NCBI GenBank assembly: GCA_012295275.1
Contig: CM022674.1
Location: forward strand, 3,162,001 to 3,226,000
Origin: Chrysomallon squamiferum
Lineage: Eukaryota; Animalia; Mollusca
Reading direction: 5' to 3'
DNA length: 64,000 bases
This document shows positions 44,685 through 61,297 of this stretch, in pieces; within the stretch, counting starts at the first letter, position 1, and every line of letters begins with the position of its first letter. The notes beneath the pieces were generated by a model, which worked only from the letters and a program-made list of their open reading frames with translations, was not told where the DNA came from and did not search any database. Made by a program: the position numbers and the translations under genes.

Positions 44685-46157
44685 CTGAAGTGAAATATGT
44701 CTACCGCTATATTATACGTGTTGTTACAAAGCAGACACGTACATGAATCTTTGTGAGAAATCTAAAGTAAAAGAAAACATACATATGTCGAATGCACTGT
44801 ATTAGCATCCCACAAGCACGTTACAATGTTAGTTATTAAATTAAAAGGAAAGCCAGGGTTTGCTATGTAAAAGACAGGATATACGAATGTCGTACCAGTG
44901 TTGGAATTATGCATTTTATGTTAACTAGTCTTTTAGATTAACCACATTAATCAAATCTTTCCAAATTCCCTAAGCGTATTTGCTAATATATTTTAAAATT
45001 GATGCATGTAATTTGCTAGTTATTCCCAAAGGATGGGATTGTTTCTTTTAATGCGAAATTTTGTCCTTTACTAATTACCTTAAGGATGTTTTTGGTTTCT
45101 GGTTGTTGTTTTTTTTTCTTTTTGTGGTTGTTGGTTGTTTTTGTTTTTTTTGTGAAATTTATTTCTGTTGGCCAAATCGTTTTTGTCATCATATTTAATA
45201 CTAAGAAACGTAATAATAGGATTTTTAATTTATTTATTAAGTATAATAGCTCCCTAATCAAAACGAAGTGATGTTTTATAGCTTTCTCTCACAATATACA
45301 CACATACATACATACATATATATATAGACATAGACATAGGCGTACACATTCCTTTCTGTTGCTGCACTAATTGTCATCAAAGTATTTAAGAAATCTCAAG
45401 AAGTGTATGGCCGACAATAAATTAAACCTCACTCTGGGCGATCTCAACACGAGGCCGATAACAGTTTAATTGCGCCACGGGAATCAATGAGAAATACGGC
45501 CACCCTTTTGATCTTGGCAAATATGATGCAAATAAAGCGTAACCATAGCACTAAGTGGTCACAATTAACAACAGTGCACGAGCACCTGGCAAGATAACTC
45601 ACAGACCATACCTCCTTGAATCTAGACTTGCTCAAGGCGAAGAAAAAAAAAATGAAGAAAAGAGACGATGAGACAGACGATGGTGATTTAACAACAAGGG
45701 GAGGGAGGAGGTGAGGGAAAGAGGGAGGTTGGGGGGCGATAAATTGAAGGATAGAAAGAAAGGAGAAGTGAATAAATGAATAGGGTGGGGTGAATGAAAA
45801 GAAGAAGAAGGAATAATGAAGAATAAAATAAAATAAAAAGAAGTAATGGAAAAACAACAAAAAACAAAACAAAAACGAAGAAATATACAAAAGAGCAAAC
45901 AAGAAGAAATGGAAGCGATTGAACAAAATAAAAATAAAAACACTAATTTAATGATGAAGTAACTTAGTAGTAGCTGATAGCAAATAAAACGAAACAAGTA
46001 AAAGGAATGATAGACAAATAATTTAGTCATTATAGGATATGAAAAGAAAAGCATTTTAAGAAATCTACATTAATCTACATGGGATGGTAAAGAGAGATTG
46101 TAATAAATATCAGTAATAAAAGAATGATAAGACAAAACGAGAACGCAGAGAGTGAGT

Positions 46158-46235
<78 letters not shown>

Positions 46236-46276
46236 AAGACAGAGAGAGAGACAGAGAAACAGAGAGAGAGAGAGAG

Positions 46277-46344
46277 AATTTAATTTTAATTATTTAGAAG
46301 GGCATTTATAAGTCCAACACACATAGATAGATAGATAGACAGAC

Positions 46345-46403
<59 letters not shown>

Positions 46404-46487
46404 GAGATAGATAGAGAGAGACAGAGAGACAGAGAGAGAGAAATTTAATTTTAATTATTTAGAAAGGTCTAACACTCACAGATAGAG

Positions 46488-46532
<45 letters not shown>

Positions 46533-46559
46533 CAGAGATAGATAGAGAGATAGAGAGAG

Positions 46560-46600
<41 letters not shown>

Positions 46601-46651
46601 CAGAGATAATTTATTTTTAATGATTTAGAAAGACGCTGACAAGTCTAACAC
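46277..46651. repeat. Three-copy ~165-bp tandem unit with internal (AGAT)n/(AG)n
   Basis: aatttaattttaattatttagaa...gtc(c/t)aacac recurs at ~46277, 46442 and 46608. Confidence 0.75.
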
Positions 46652-47161
46652 CGTCCATGCATCTCACACTAAGTAAATGCAACAGGTGACATAACTAACA
46701 TAGTATACGGCGCTTCTTGTTCTTTCTGCAGGGGGTCCTTGCTGTTGCTACATGTCAGCTATTTCCTCGTTGGCTCTTTATCCAATTAAATGACGACCCC
46801 TGGAACAAATGTGCTGAGATGTGTCACCTGGGAAATCGGAAACATGAAAGGAAATATTTAATCTTAATAAAGCGAGAGAGCGAGAGAGAGATAGATGATA
46901 ATAAAATTCCTCTGAGTGCATTTCAGGTTTATCAGTTTAGAAGTAAAGCGTACTTAAAAAGTCAGGGCGTAACTTGAACTTTTTTTTTTTTTAATAATTA
47001 TCGTTTTATCCGTGCTGGTGTACATACACAGACATTCACACAGCTATACTGACATACAGACACATGAACATACATACAGACACACACAAAAAAAAAAAAT
47101 ATCTCCTTATTCATTTATTTATTTATTTCCCGTATTATGTCTTCCTGTTTGTTATGTTATA

Positions 47162-47221
<60 letters not shown>

Positions 47222-48729
47222 GATATTATTGATATTATTGATGTTGTTGTTGTTGATACTGCTGATACTGTTGATATTATTGTTTCTATTCGTTCAACTG
47301 TCGACTACGTTCGGGGAAATTTAATAGTCTAATGAAACTAACAAAACTTAACAAACATAACTAAAATTCAAACATTAACTCCGAACACACTTTGAGGTAA
47401 TTACGGGACTATTTAAAAATGGGTCAGGACTATAAACATCGTCACAGAAACTCGATGAAGATTGATTGCTGAATTGTGTAACTCGAAACATTTGACACGC
47501 GGGTTGCAAACTCGTCATTTAACCCCTGACCCGTTTTGTGCGGCCGGTTCACGTGTTTTTATCTGTAAAGCAAAGAGGGAGGTAAAACAATACGTTTCTT
47601 TGTTTTAATCCAGTCCTGAATTCTTTCTAACATGCAGGTTATTATTATTATTAGTCGTCTGGTGGGGTAATGAAAACTGAGAAACTCTTTCAGCGTCAAT
47701 GGAGTCGTTGTTTTCGCTTTTAAACGAATCGTCTGCCCTTTTGCTAATGAACTGACCAGACGCCTATTGTCTGTTGCGCTTTAACTGATCAGTGGGTTAC
47801 GACTTGCGTGAACTCTTGGGTCAGACAGAGATCGCTAGACAGCCAGTCTACGAACGTAAAAGTACACCCCCCCCCCGCAAAGTTTAACTAACTCTACTGA
47901 TTTTTTTTTAGTTGGTTTGACAGTTGGCGACAATAATAAAGAAAATTTAATATGTATTATATAAAAAAAAAATATCTGCTTAATGCATTTTTTAATAAAA
48001 TTAATTTTTTTAATTTTTTTTTTTTCCTAATGTTGTTTTCCTTTGAATTTGTTGTTGTTGTTGTTGTTGTTGTGTTGTTATTTATGCATTGCATTATATT
48101 ATATCCGTCATATCATGTAATATAAATATTTAGGTGCACTGAACGTATTTGCATCATTATTGAGTGTCTTCTCGACTTGTAGCTTCATTTAAATAATTAA
48201 ATCAAAAATAATATTGTAAATCACAAATAATAGCTTCCGTCTTAGTGCATTTAGGCCTGGAAAGGTGCGTTGGTGTGATTAATATCCTTATTTACTTATT
48301 TTTAATCTGCATCTTCTTTATACTGCCGTCGACATATTTCCATTATTTACATAATCTTTCATATTATTATGAGCATAAAGAGTGTTACGATGCAAATGAA
48401 CATGTGTAAATTTTAAAATTAGAAAAATATTTTCTGTTTGACGTAATTTACAGGGAAGTTATTAATGTAACACGTGGAGTAATACGTCATTTGTGACGTT
48501 TATTTTTGTCCCCCGCATCAATCTAATGCGTAAATACTTTGTGTATTCGTCAAAGTATTTCCCATTTATTTGTTAAAATCATTACCGTTAGCTAAATATG
48601 GTGAACATTTAAAAAAAAAAAAAAAAAAAAAAAGACGAATGTATGAGATGTAATGAGATTGTCTCTTTTTTTTTTTTTATTTATTTATTTCTTGTGTTTA
48701 TTATTTTATTTTATTTTATTTTATTTTAT

Positions 48730-48763
<34 letters not shown>

Positions 48764-48948
48764 TTTTTTCACAACTTTGTTTGATACTGATAGCAATATT
48801 TCGAGAGAAAGAGAGAAAAATACCAAAAACGACTAACAAATAGAAGTGAAATAGAAATATAGAGAGAAATGCATGCATAGAAATGCGCACGCGCATGCAC
48901 GGATACAGATATATACACACATACATTCATACACAATACACATACACT

Positions 48949-49086
<138 letters not shown>

Positions 49087-50128
49087 ATTGCAATATTACA
49101 GAACTCTTTCATACGTCAGTTTGTTTCCCACGAAAGGCATGCATGAACAGCTAGTTAATTAGTTATCTGATGAAACCCATAAAAAAAACCCACTGACCAG
49201 CCGAAGAAACCGTCGTCTGTCTGTCTGCCTAGGGGTATTATTCCTTTATCTAATTGCTTACTTACGGCTGGTCAGCTTGACCAACCGCTTACGAAAACAG
49301 CCGAAGGGACGAGACGAGACGACTGGCGAAGAAGAGAGACAATAAAACGATTCTCAGAGCGCTTGATGACTTATTCTGCATCACTGATGTACCCCGCCTC
49401 CGTCTTACTTCACAGGATCAATGGCCGCGAGCTTTTGTATTGATCCCCCTCCCCTACCCTGATCAAGCAGAAAAAAATCGAATGAGTTTTGTGGTGATTG
49501 TGTGTGGTAGAATAATGGAAACAGATCGATAGGGTTTTTGGAAAATAGAGGATTAATTACGTTTTTGCTAATCTGCTGATGTGTATAATATGTGTGTATG
49601 TATGTGTGTGTGTGCGTGAAAATATGTACATAGATACACATAAGAACAATACGTCCTCATTTATATATATAAATGCAGTGATTGTATCTGTGTATACGTG
49701 CGCGCGCGCGCCTATGTGTGTGTGTGTATGTGTGTGTGTGTGTGTGTGTATATATGACTTTATAATTGTTTGCAGTAGAAACACAAAGATTGTTTCACCA
49801 CGGGGTATATGCTACTGAAATGCCCGTAGGTGAAGATCCGTTTTATCAAAATATTTCTTGTTATCTCCACATTCATTCAACCAAGGAAGTGGGTTTGTGT
49901 GTTCGTGTGTATCTGGATGTATTGTGTGCATGTGTTAATTTACTATTTGTCTATGTCAGCTGTAAACAAGTGACTATATTTATATATTTTATTTTTCATT
50001 TTTCGTTTATTTTTTTATACTTATAATTTTCATTTATTTACATTAATATTTTTGTTTTTGTTATTATTATTTTTCCTTAGTTTATTTTACACTTTAGGTC
50101 TTTGTTTCTTCGTCTTCTTCTTCTTCTT

Positions 50129-50190
<62 letters not shown>

Positions 50191-50758
50191 CATCATCATC
50201 GTCATCGTCATTATTACACACGCACAACACACACACACACAGGCATGCAGACACAAACACATACTTAACATGTATAAATACAAAACCAGTAAGGAAGAGA
50301 ATAAATAACAATGTTTAAAAATAACTATGCGAAAACACGTACAAAATTAAGACATTAAAAAAACAAAACACGTAAGTCATTATTAAAACTTATGACAAAT
50401 GGACGAGAAATGCAAAATGCCTGAAAAGAACTACAAACATTTTTTTTATTTTTTTTTATTTTTTTTAATATATATTCCTCTCGGCTATCGCATATTTTCA
50501 GTTTTACATCAGGAATTTCACCATTTATCACAGCCCCGTAGGTGAGTTATCCGTTATCTACCCACAAAGCACGTGGTACAAGTTGTTGTCGAAGTTGAGT
50601 CAGTCACGAGACATCGCCGGCTCGGACCACTTCGGCAATGCCGAGATCGAACGATTAGTTTTTCGTGGTTTTCTCCTGACAGAAGAGTTTAAACGGATCA
50701 ACGATTACCGTCCCTTGAGGGCATCGACGAAATAAAACGTCAGCGTGTCAAAAATGAA

Positions 50759-50799
<41 letters not shown>

Positions 50800-50977
50800 A
50801 TAAATAAGATTGACTTTGAGAGAAACTGGAAAGAAAATAGCAGCATTAATTTGTGATGATAAATGATTTTTGTAATGTAAAATTATTGGAGCAACATGAA
50901 ATGGTTCAAACGAAATGATTCAGTATTGTTTAAGGGACGTTTTTAGATTTAGAATGTCTCTGTTATTTCTTACCTGA

Positions 50978-51068
<91 letters not shown>

Positions 51069-51709
51069 CCCACCTTCCTCCCTCCTCTGTATCTCTCTGT
51101 CTCTCTCTTTATTTATCCCCTCTCTATCTACGTATCTGCCTTCAGACAGATTATAGACATGAAAACTCTCAGATATAAATATATATATAAATTCAGAAAT
51201 CTATGCTATTCACAATAAAAGACATCTATATTTTTTTTGTGATCAGCACTTCTAATTCAATAAAAAAAAAAAAAAAAAAAAAAAAAGAATTCAGGTGATA
51301 AAAACTGCAGGAAGAAAAAAGATGTTGTCATCCAACACCTGTAGAACAATAAACAAAGCTTTACAAAACTAAAACATATATTTACAGCGTATAATTACAA
51401 GAACATCGACCTTTAATGGATTCCGTGCGCGTTTGATATAAAAACAGTTCGCTTGACGAACGACTACACAAAACGAAACTTGCCACGGTTATTAATTAAA
51501 CAGTTTAGAGCTGAAAACGGACACATCCTATACAAACGACAGTTGCAATTACAAACCCTGATCAAACGCGTTTCCGTTATCTTACACCGACCGAACGACA
51601 ATAAATTAAATTAAATTAAATTCGAAAAGCGTTTTAAGTTTCAAAAAGATCAGCTGAATTTCCGTGTCTTAACTTTTTAGCATTGTTACAATGTTGTTGG
51701 GTTTTCTTT

Positions 51710-51740
<31 letters not shown>

Positions 51741-51947
51741 GGTTAAGTATAAATTTTCTACTACAATGGTTTTAATAAGTAAATAACATATCTTCGCGGT
51801 AACGAAAAACTGGCAATGATTGAAATAAATGATGGATGAAATTATATCAAAATTATAAGTTATTGTATTATTATAGGGTTTAACTTTATTTCAGTGTTAT
51901 CTTTTGTTACTTAAGACTTCTTTCAAATTATCGTATATACGAACTCA

Positions 51948-52280
<333 letters not shown>

Positions 52281-53081
52281 ACTCGAAATTCACTCAGATT
52301 TAACTTCTAGTTTACTGATTTTTATCGACGTACTCCACACAAAAAAACTCTCTTTTGAAAAAATAAAAAAATTTAAATTAAATTATTTTCTCACGCTTCA
52401 CTCCAACCGCATAAAACTGTAAAAAGAAATTAAATTCGATGTAAGAGATTTCGTGCGCCAAGGCGGAGAAGCGAAAGAAAACGCCCCTAATTTCCTTACG
52501 TAAGTTCGTTTACTGGTCTGTTTGAAACGCGACAGCGAAAAATCAACCAAGTAATAAAAAATATATTGTTAGCGGTTTCCGCAATTACTTTCACATTTCA
52601 CCCCCAATAAACGATCCCTGAACTGAAATTAACAAGAGAAAAATACGCCTTCCATATAAGGAAATGAGAAACTGATTACCACATGACCAAGCACGTGCTG
52701 GTCCGTTTTTCTTTAGACGTACCCACACCTAGGTAATAAAAAAAAAAAAAAAAAAAAAATAAATTAAGACTACAAATCGATTTCTTGGTGGATGCGAAAA
52801 CAAAGAAATCTGGCTGTTGCCGTTAAATGTTTATTGGATAATCTGTTCACGAAATGATCTCGAGATGTTAAAGGATTAATGTGGCGATTTAAAACACCCG
52901 CCTCTGGTGATTATCTGAAATGGACAACGAAACTGATCTGCTTTGATCTCCGATTTACCTTCGTGTCGTCAAACATCTGGCTGTAACTTTACTGCCAATA
53001 TTGGTGTTATTGTTACCACTATCACTACTATAGCTACTACTACTACTACTACTGCTGCTGTTGTTATTATTATTATTATTG

Positions 53082-53125
<44 letters not shown>

Positions 53126-53291
53126 GCTACTACTCTGTTACTACAACCTTTTATTACTTTCATTTTTATTATTATTATTATTATTGCTACTACTCTGTTA
53201 CTAGTGTAAAATTTTATTAATATTTCATTTTAGTAGTATTATTATTATTAGCATGTAATAGTAATTATCATAAAGTTTATTACCATTAACT

Positions 53292-53540
53292 GTTGGTTTT
53301 ACGTTAATATGTTTGTATTTATTTATATTCTTGTTGTTCTTGTTGTTTTATTTTCATCTTCATTATCAGTAACAACATTATCATAGTAGTCATCATCTTT
53401 AATGTTGTAATAATCTTCATCATAAAAATATCATATTATCATATTGGTTTTTACTAAAATTATGTTTGTATTTATTCATATTCTTGTTGTTCCTGTTGTT
53501 TTGTCTTTTTAACTTCATTATTTTGTCGTCATCATCATCT
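53292..53540. repeat. Degenerate tandem duplication, ~150-bp period
   Basis: ttggtttt..c...a.tatgtttgtatttatt.atattcttgttgttc.tgttgtttt at ~53292 and ~53445. Confidence 0.7.
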
Positions 53541-54484
53541 GTATAGTCTCTGACATTTTTTATAATTTCAAATCATTTATGTACTTTTATTATTGTGGTC
53601 ATTTTTAATCATCAACATGAACGTCATCATAATCATAATTCCTGTATAGTTATTAAAATTAACTCTGAAATGAATTTTGGCTTTTTCTGTATTGCGTGCT
53701 CAGTTTTATTTTATTTTTAATTTAATTTTTTATTTGTGATTATTCAGTTCTAAACACTCTTAAATAATAATAATAAAAAAAAAATATTTAATACTAGTTT
53801 TTCAATTTGTTACATTTAAAAAGAAAGAAAATTGTTGATTTATTTTATATTCAAATATTCTGATCTCAAATTTAACAATTCTACTGGTTTTAATGGAATC
53901 TGTTGTATATTAATGAAAACAGGAAAGCATAAATTATTTTCTTAATATACTAATCTTAATATCAAAATGTGTTTACTAGTTTCTGTTATTATTCGTTTTC
54001 TCCTTTTTTATTTTATTTTATTTTTTTTTATTATTATTTTTTTTTTTTTTTACTTTAACAAACTGAACTTAAATATCAGAAACTGAATCCTTTAAAGAAG
54101 GATTTCGTTGTTTTTTGTTTTGTTTTGTGTTTTTCCTTTTTTTTTTTCTTGTAATAACAATAACAATAAAAAAATGTTTTCATAACTAATTTCTGATTAA
54201 CATACTCCCTCGAACATTCTTTTTGATTTCAGTGATATTCATTAATTTAAATACTTTTATTTTAATAATAACAACAGCAGCAGCAACAACCACAACAACG
54301 ACAACAATAATAATAGTATATATATTTTTAAATTAACAGTAAAAAGAAACAACAACAACAACAAAAAAAGCATCGCTAGTTTATGAATATACAGAAAAAA
54401 AAAATCAAATCTATTATTTCAAATAATTATATACTGCTATGGTTAAGAAAGTAAAAGAAAAAAGTAATTAATACAGAATTTATT

Positions 54485-54677
<193 letters not shown>

Positions 54678-56606
54678 TCGGAAAACATCTTTTTATACAT
54701 TTTGTTACAAAGGCAGTTATTATTTTTCGTGATGTTCCATTCTCGAATCGTTTTGTCGTCGTAAAGTACTTTATTCGACATTACATCCACAATGAAACCA
54801 GGGACGTGCCTTTAATACTCCTGTTTTAGACAGTCTGGTTTTCATTTCAGTTGTTTATTCTCAGTGTTTGTCTTCCTCAGACTACAAAAAGAAAACTGAT
54901 AATTCATTTCCTCTAATTATTTCGGCACTTGTCAACAGTCGACATTTTGTTCTCTCCCCCCCACCCCCCGAACCACGCCAAACCGTCAAAACAATCATGG
55001 CGCTTTAGCGACTTCAAGATGGCGGCCAATAACAGTGGCTCTTTGAAAAACGCAGAACTCTGACAACATCAATGAAAGAACGAGTGTCGTTTGTTTTCGT
55101 TCGCCGTAAGGCAAACACGTGCTAAACCCCCGGCAGGGGTCGCCACCATCAGTCTTTGTCAATGACCATGACGCAATTATCTCCCTTCGTCTAACCCTAC
55201 AGCAATAGCGGAAGAAAGGGCGTAGAGATGGTGTGTGTGGGGTGGGTGGGGGGAGGGGGTTCTGAGGCATGACTCAAACTGCGGATTGATAATTGATAAG
55301 CCAAAACGTCCATATGTTTGGTGGCGATCTGGGATCTCTCGTGTTTCAGCCTTCCATCAGAAATAAAGTTTCGGCCTGCTGTTTGCAATAGCTAGACGTC
55401 TGAATGTAAATAGTTTTACAGACGTTCCGACGCGCGCGATTCCAATTACACTGGTATCACGCACCGAGAGCTAAACACAAGTTTAAAAACAATTATCGTT
55501 AGAACGTGAATATCGGAATCTTAAATGCTGTGCTGTGCTGTGCTGTGTTGTGTTGTGTTGTGTTGTGTTGTGCGTGCCTCTGCTGAAAAATTTAAACTAA
55601 AACCATTCTGAGTGGACTGTTATAGTAACCATTTGTTTTTTTGTTTTTTTCCCTTTATGTAGTAGGTGCTTGTATTACTTTTTTTGTAAGTTCGTTTTGA
55701 ATAGTTTGCACACAAAAATTATAAAAATAATAGTAATAATAAAAATAATAAAAATATTTTCAATAAAATAGCTACGCTGATTATCAGATTCAGTCATCCA
55801 TTGCCTGTGCCATTTCCAGACTCCTTCACTGACAGAGCGTTGTATGAGTGATTCGCTAAAAACCGTGGTATGTGATGAACTGTCTTTGGGTAGGTTTACA
55901 CGAAACATTCCTTTGCTACAAACTGATTACGAAAATCTTTGAAATGCTAGAAGTATTTAATATTAAAATGGGATGAGATATCCTTAATCATTGTTCGATT
56001 ATGTAACAGCTGTGTGCGCTATATCAGTTACATGTAGCTGCATTACTTTATAAATATTTTTTTTTTCGTGTTGGTGATGAAGCTGCTGCTGCTGATGCTG
56101 TTCTTTCTTAGATGTATTGTTTTTATATTCTTCGAAATCGTCTGTTGTAAGCAAAGTTTTCATTCATCAAGACTCACCGAATTTCAGAAAATAAAAGTTA
56201 AAAACATTTAATAATCTCTCTTTTTTTTTTTCTTTCTCATTCTTTCTCTTTTTTTTCTTTCAGATAATCATTAAACACACGTACATACACACACACGCAC
56301 GTATATACACACACACAAGCACTCAAAGAACTCACAAACAAACGATTAAAGAAACGATTGCCCTAATGATCTTACTACTTAATTAAGTCTGGACGGCGAG
56401 ATAGCTTGCGTTACCAGACACACGTACGTACACGAAGGTCGTACACTTAAGTATTGTGTATTGTAGTTTTTTTCTACGTCATTATGTCAATGTTTCCGTT
56501 TGGTGTTGCGTAACCAAGGACAACCCCCCTTGCCGTTTTGCAGCGGCGGATCCACGCCTTTTCACGAAGGGGGAAAGGGGGAGAACGTTTTCAAAAACCC
56601 GCGTTT

Positions 56607-56637
<31 letters not shown>

Positions 56638-57119
56638 GAAACACGTTAACGCCAGTTCGCTGTGAGATATCGAGTTTAATTTACATGACTTAGATTTTTT
56701 TTATTCAGTGAAAATAGGGGGAGGAAGAGATGGGGGGAGGGACAGGAGATTACGTCCCCTGAATGCCGCCGCTTCTTGTTTTGTTTGTGTGTTTCTCTCG
56801 AGAGAGTTAATTTTCGCCGCCAGTGTGCGTGAACTCAAGAACTGAAGTGTGAGAAAAGTGCGCGTCTATTGTTAATTTCCACCTTCTGATAGACTGATTA
56901 AGTGTTTTTTTTACAAGTGCGACACACACACGCTTGCGTACATACTTACATACGTACACATATATACATACATAAATATATATATATACACACATACATA
57001 TGATACACACACACACATATATGTATATGTGTGTGTGAGTATATATATATATATATGTATACATGTGTGTATATGTGTGTATATATATATACATATATAT
57101 ATAGTGATATGTACCAACA

Positions 57120-57480
57120 GAAATATAGTTAGACGTATCAATATACATATATACTTATACATACTAATATATATATATAATCAATCATTCGTACTAATAT
57201 GCACATAGTCTTACGTACCAACACACAGTTATAATATACTAACATAATGATAATACAGTTATACGCACTAATATATAATACACTCATACGAACTAACACA
57301 TAGTCATACGTACTAACCTAGTATTATATACTAACATATAACAGAGTCATACAAACTAGCAGGCATGTGTACTAAAATACACACATAGTAAAATGTACTA
57401 ACACACGTATTTAGTCAGACAAACATCCACATAGTCATACGTATTGACCTGCGAATATAATCATATTTCTAACATACGTA
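57120..57480. repeat. Degenerate ~20-bp minisatellite (consensus about catagtcatacgtactaa)
   Basis: Multiple diverged copies, e.g. catagtcttacgtacc, catagtcatacgtact, catagtcatacgtatt. Confidence 0.6.
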
Positions 57481-57713
57481 TATGTATACATATATACACG
57501 TATATGATACTGATACTTAAACATATAAGAACACAACTCAAAACAAACATTAAAATAAAGGTTACAATCTTATTTATATTATTATCTTACACAGACACAC
57601 ACACACACACACACACGCAACGATACATATACCCATGTAGTAACAGTAGTCGTCGTCGTCAGCTTTGTTGTTGTGGTGTTCTTATTGACAACAACAACAA
57701 CAACAACAACAAC

Positions 57714-57760
<47 letters not shown>

Positions 57761-58332
57761 GAAGAAGAAGAAGAAAAAAAGAAGAAGAACATTGACGATA
57801 ATGATGATGATGATGACGATGAATAATGAATAATTAGTAATAATTACCATAATAATTATATCAATAAATGAATTAAACAAAATGAGATCATCAACAAAAA
57901 AAACGCGATTAATATACTGAAAGTAAACCAATAAAAATAATTAAATAAAAATAATATTAGAAAAAGAAACAATGAAAACAGTGTTAATATTTTCAGTTTT
58001 CTTTTTTTATTATTTATTATCAAAAATATATTTAATATCCAGCAATATATTTCACGAAAATTTAAAAACAGTGATATTAAAACGTTTAAAAATATCCTAA
58101 AAAAGTAACAATACATATATATATATATATATATATTATACCATACATCTTCTAATAGTAATTGATTTCCAACCACAATGATTTTAAAATGGATATCTGT
58201 ATAATGTACCATGGCCACACCCACAAAGGAATTTGATAATAAATAATAACAAGATATAAATTATTACCTGGATGACTGGCAGGCATGAAATGGAAATGAA
58301 TGTCTTTCTGTGAAAGTTCATTCAAAACAACA

Positions 58333-58401
<69 letters not shown>

Positions 58402-59360
58402 TAGATAGATAAATAGATAGATAGATACATGTATACATATATAAATACATACATACATACATAGATACGCCTACGTGATTACGTAATGACTAAATATATT
58501 ATTTCCTAATCCGTTCAGGACTAAAAAAAGAATCTTTAGAAATAGAGGACAAAAGACCCTGTATAAATTCTTCAAAGAGAGTTTTTAAAAAGAAATTAAA
58601 AAAAAAAGTAGAAAACTAAATTTTAATACGACTGTCACCTGTCCATTTAAGTGTGTATCATTTCTTTGCTATTTCCTCTTGAACAAAAACACTTCGAGTT
58701 ATCGTTCTTACAGTAATAAAAAAAAAAAAGATACTAACAACAGAAAAAAAAAAAAAACCCCCCAACAACATGTTTTTTTTTTTTTTTTCTTCCTCCGGTT
58801 GAATTATTCGGACTGCTTGGCTTAAAAACCCATTGCAATATCGGAAAAGCTTACAGCTGAAAAACAAATCAATAAATACTGGACATATTAATGCAGGGAA
58901 ACTTTCTCACGGTAGTACAACAACAACAAACAAACAAACAAAAAAAAAAAAAAAAAAAAAAAAAACAGCTCACCTAATTTTACGAACTGAGGATTAATAA
59001 AAAAAAAAAAAAAAAAAAAAAAGTTAATAACGTTTTGAAGCCGAATAGGTGAGAGGGACAGTTTTTACAAGCCGTCAGATTGGTGATTTGTGTGTGTGCG
59101 TGTGTGTGTGTGTGGGGGGGGGGATAAGCGTGGGTGTATAAAACAGCATTTTTGTTATGTGTAGTTTAACTGGTTCGTTTATAACAGCATTATTGTAAGC
59201 AACCAACCATTTGTGATTGTTTTTTTTGGTTTACTTTTATATTTAATTTTCTTTTTATTATTATTCTTAAAACATCGATTAAAAAGATTGTAATTCCCTG
59301 AAAAAAATTTTCATTTAATTTTTGTTATTATTCTTAAACCATCGATTAAAAAGGGAAAAA

Positions 59361-59401
<41 letters not shown>

Positions 59402-59697
59402 CTGAATAGAAACTCATTTACATACAATATAAAAAAAAAACACAACAATAATAAAATTAATCTCTTATTCATAGCATCTATCTTATGCTGTATTTATTTC
59501 ATCAGAAATATAACCCCCCCCAACGCGTCCATCACCACCCCTCCCAAACCACACCTCCACGCCACACCTCCAGTCATACCGCAGTTACCGCCAGTTAATA
59601 CACTCAGGCATCCGTCCATCCTTATCCTGTCCCCGATCACGTTTCAGTTTCCATGAGATAATTTCTAAATATATCAGAGATACGGATGAGTTTAAAT

Positions 59698-59801
<104 letters not shown>

Positions 59802-60185
59802 GTATTTCCATGACAGGAGTTACCCGTTTGTCAAGCTTATAAACACGCTGAATAGATACTTTTACGACTCTATTTGAAGAGATGACGTACGTCAAAAAAA
59901 AAAAAAAAAAAAAAAAAATACCACCTGTAGGCGATGCGATGCAAGACACGTCAGAGGCGTGCACGTCGACTTCACCACGTTGCTGCTGCGTGTTACGTGG
60001 CAGTAGTTGTAAGCACGAAGAAATGTCGTAATAAAGGACATTATTAACATTGAAACAGCGTGTAGCTTACGTTAGAATGTACGACGCAAAAAAAAAAAAA
60101 AACGAATATATATTTGAATATATATACAAACGTTCGTCAACGGATAAATAGAGGTACATCTACATATTTCACTTTTACATACATA

Positions 60186-60217
<32 letters not shown>

Positions 60218-60878
60218 CGAGGTAAAAATGGGGGGACTAGGGGGGGGGACGACTTTAAATGGTAACCGTGGATATAAACGAATTCATTCAGTGAATAAAT
60301 TTTCTATCGGAAATGAGATTAATATTTTATATTTTTATAATAAAATCTCTGTATAAAGATATATATATAAAACAAAATAAAAATAGTCCATTTGCCTTAG
60401 TATATATATATATATATATTTATATATTTATATGTTTAAACTTCAAACAAAACAAACGCAGCACCTCTATTTTTATATATGTATCAATCATTTTATTTTC
60501 TTTGTCTTTGTTTTGTTTTTGTTTTCTTGTTTCCTTAATCTGACAGTCTTGGTTTCTATTTGTAAACATTTACAATTTTATTTATATCCTGATACGGAAA
60601 TATAGACGAATAATTCATTTCATTATTTTATCGTCTGACCAAAAAAATGTAAAATGAAGTAGAAAACAAAAACTAATAAGTTTAATAATAATTTTAAAAA
60701 AACGCATGTAAAATATAAGGAGAATGATCATGAAATACACAACACAACGTGAAATAAGAAAAATTACCAAATTGCCAAACAAGAAAACAGAATCGTGAAA
60801 AAAAAAAATAATAAAAAAAATAAAGAAAAATCATAAGATTCCCAGTTTTTTTTTTTTATTAACGCTTAAAGTTTAATG

Positions 60879-61180
60879 AATAAACTGTAAATATTTTAAT
60901 TATTTCATGAATTTTTTTTATTTGTTTGTTTGTTTGTTGTTTTACTTTAAACTTTCTCTCTATACGACTGTCTGTCTGTCTCTCTCTCTCTCTTCCTTTC
61001 TCTCTCTCTCTCTGTTTCTCTCTTTCACTCTTTCTCTCTTTCTCTTTCTCTTTCTATCATTTACCTGGTGATATATTTAAATAAACTTTAAGTATTTTAA
61101 TTATTTCATGAATTTATTTATTCGTTTGTTTGTTTGTTGTTTTACTTTAACCTTTTTTCTCTGTGTGTCTCTCTCTCTCT

Positions 61181-61252
<72 letters not shown>

Positions 61253-61297
61253 TCTCTTTCTCTTTCTCTTTCTATCATTCACCCGGTGATATATTTT
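60879..61297. repeat. Two-copy tandem duplication, ~200-bp unit with internal (TC)n
   Basis: aataaact..aa.tattttaattatttcatgaattt...gttgttttactttaa...(tc)n...tttctatcatt.acc.ggtgatatattt occurs twice. Confidence 0.8.

Noticed and set aside
46277-46651. Repeat-spacer-like pattern resembling a CRISPR array
   Set aside because: Eukaryotic context, degenerate units, spacers that are microsatellites, and no cas genes.
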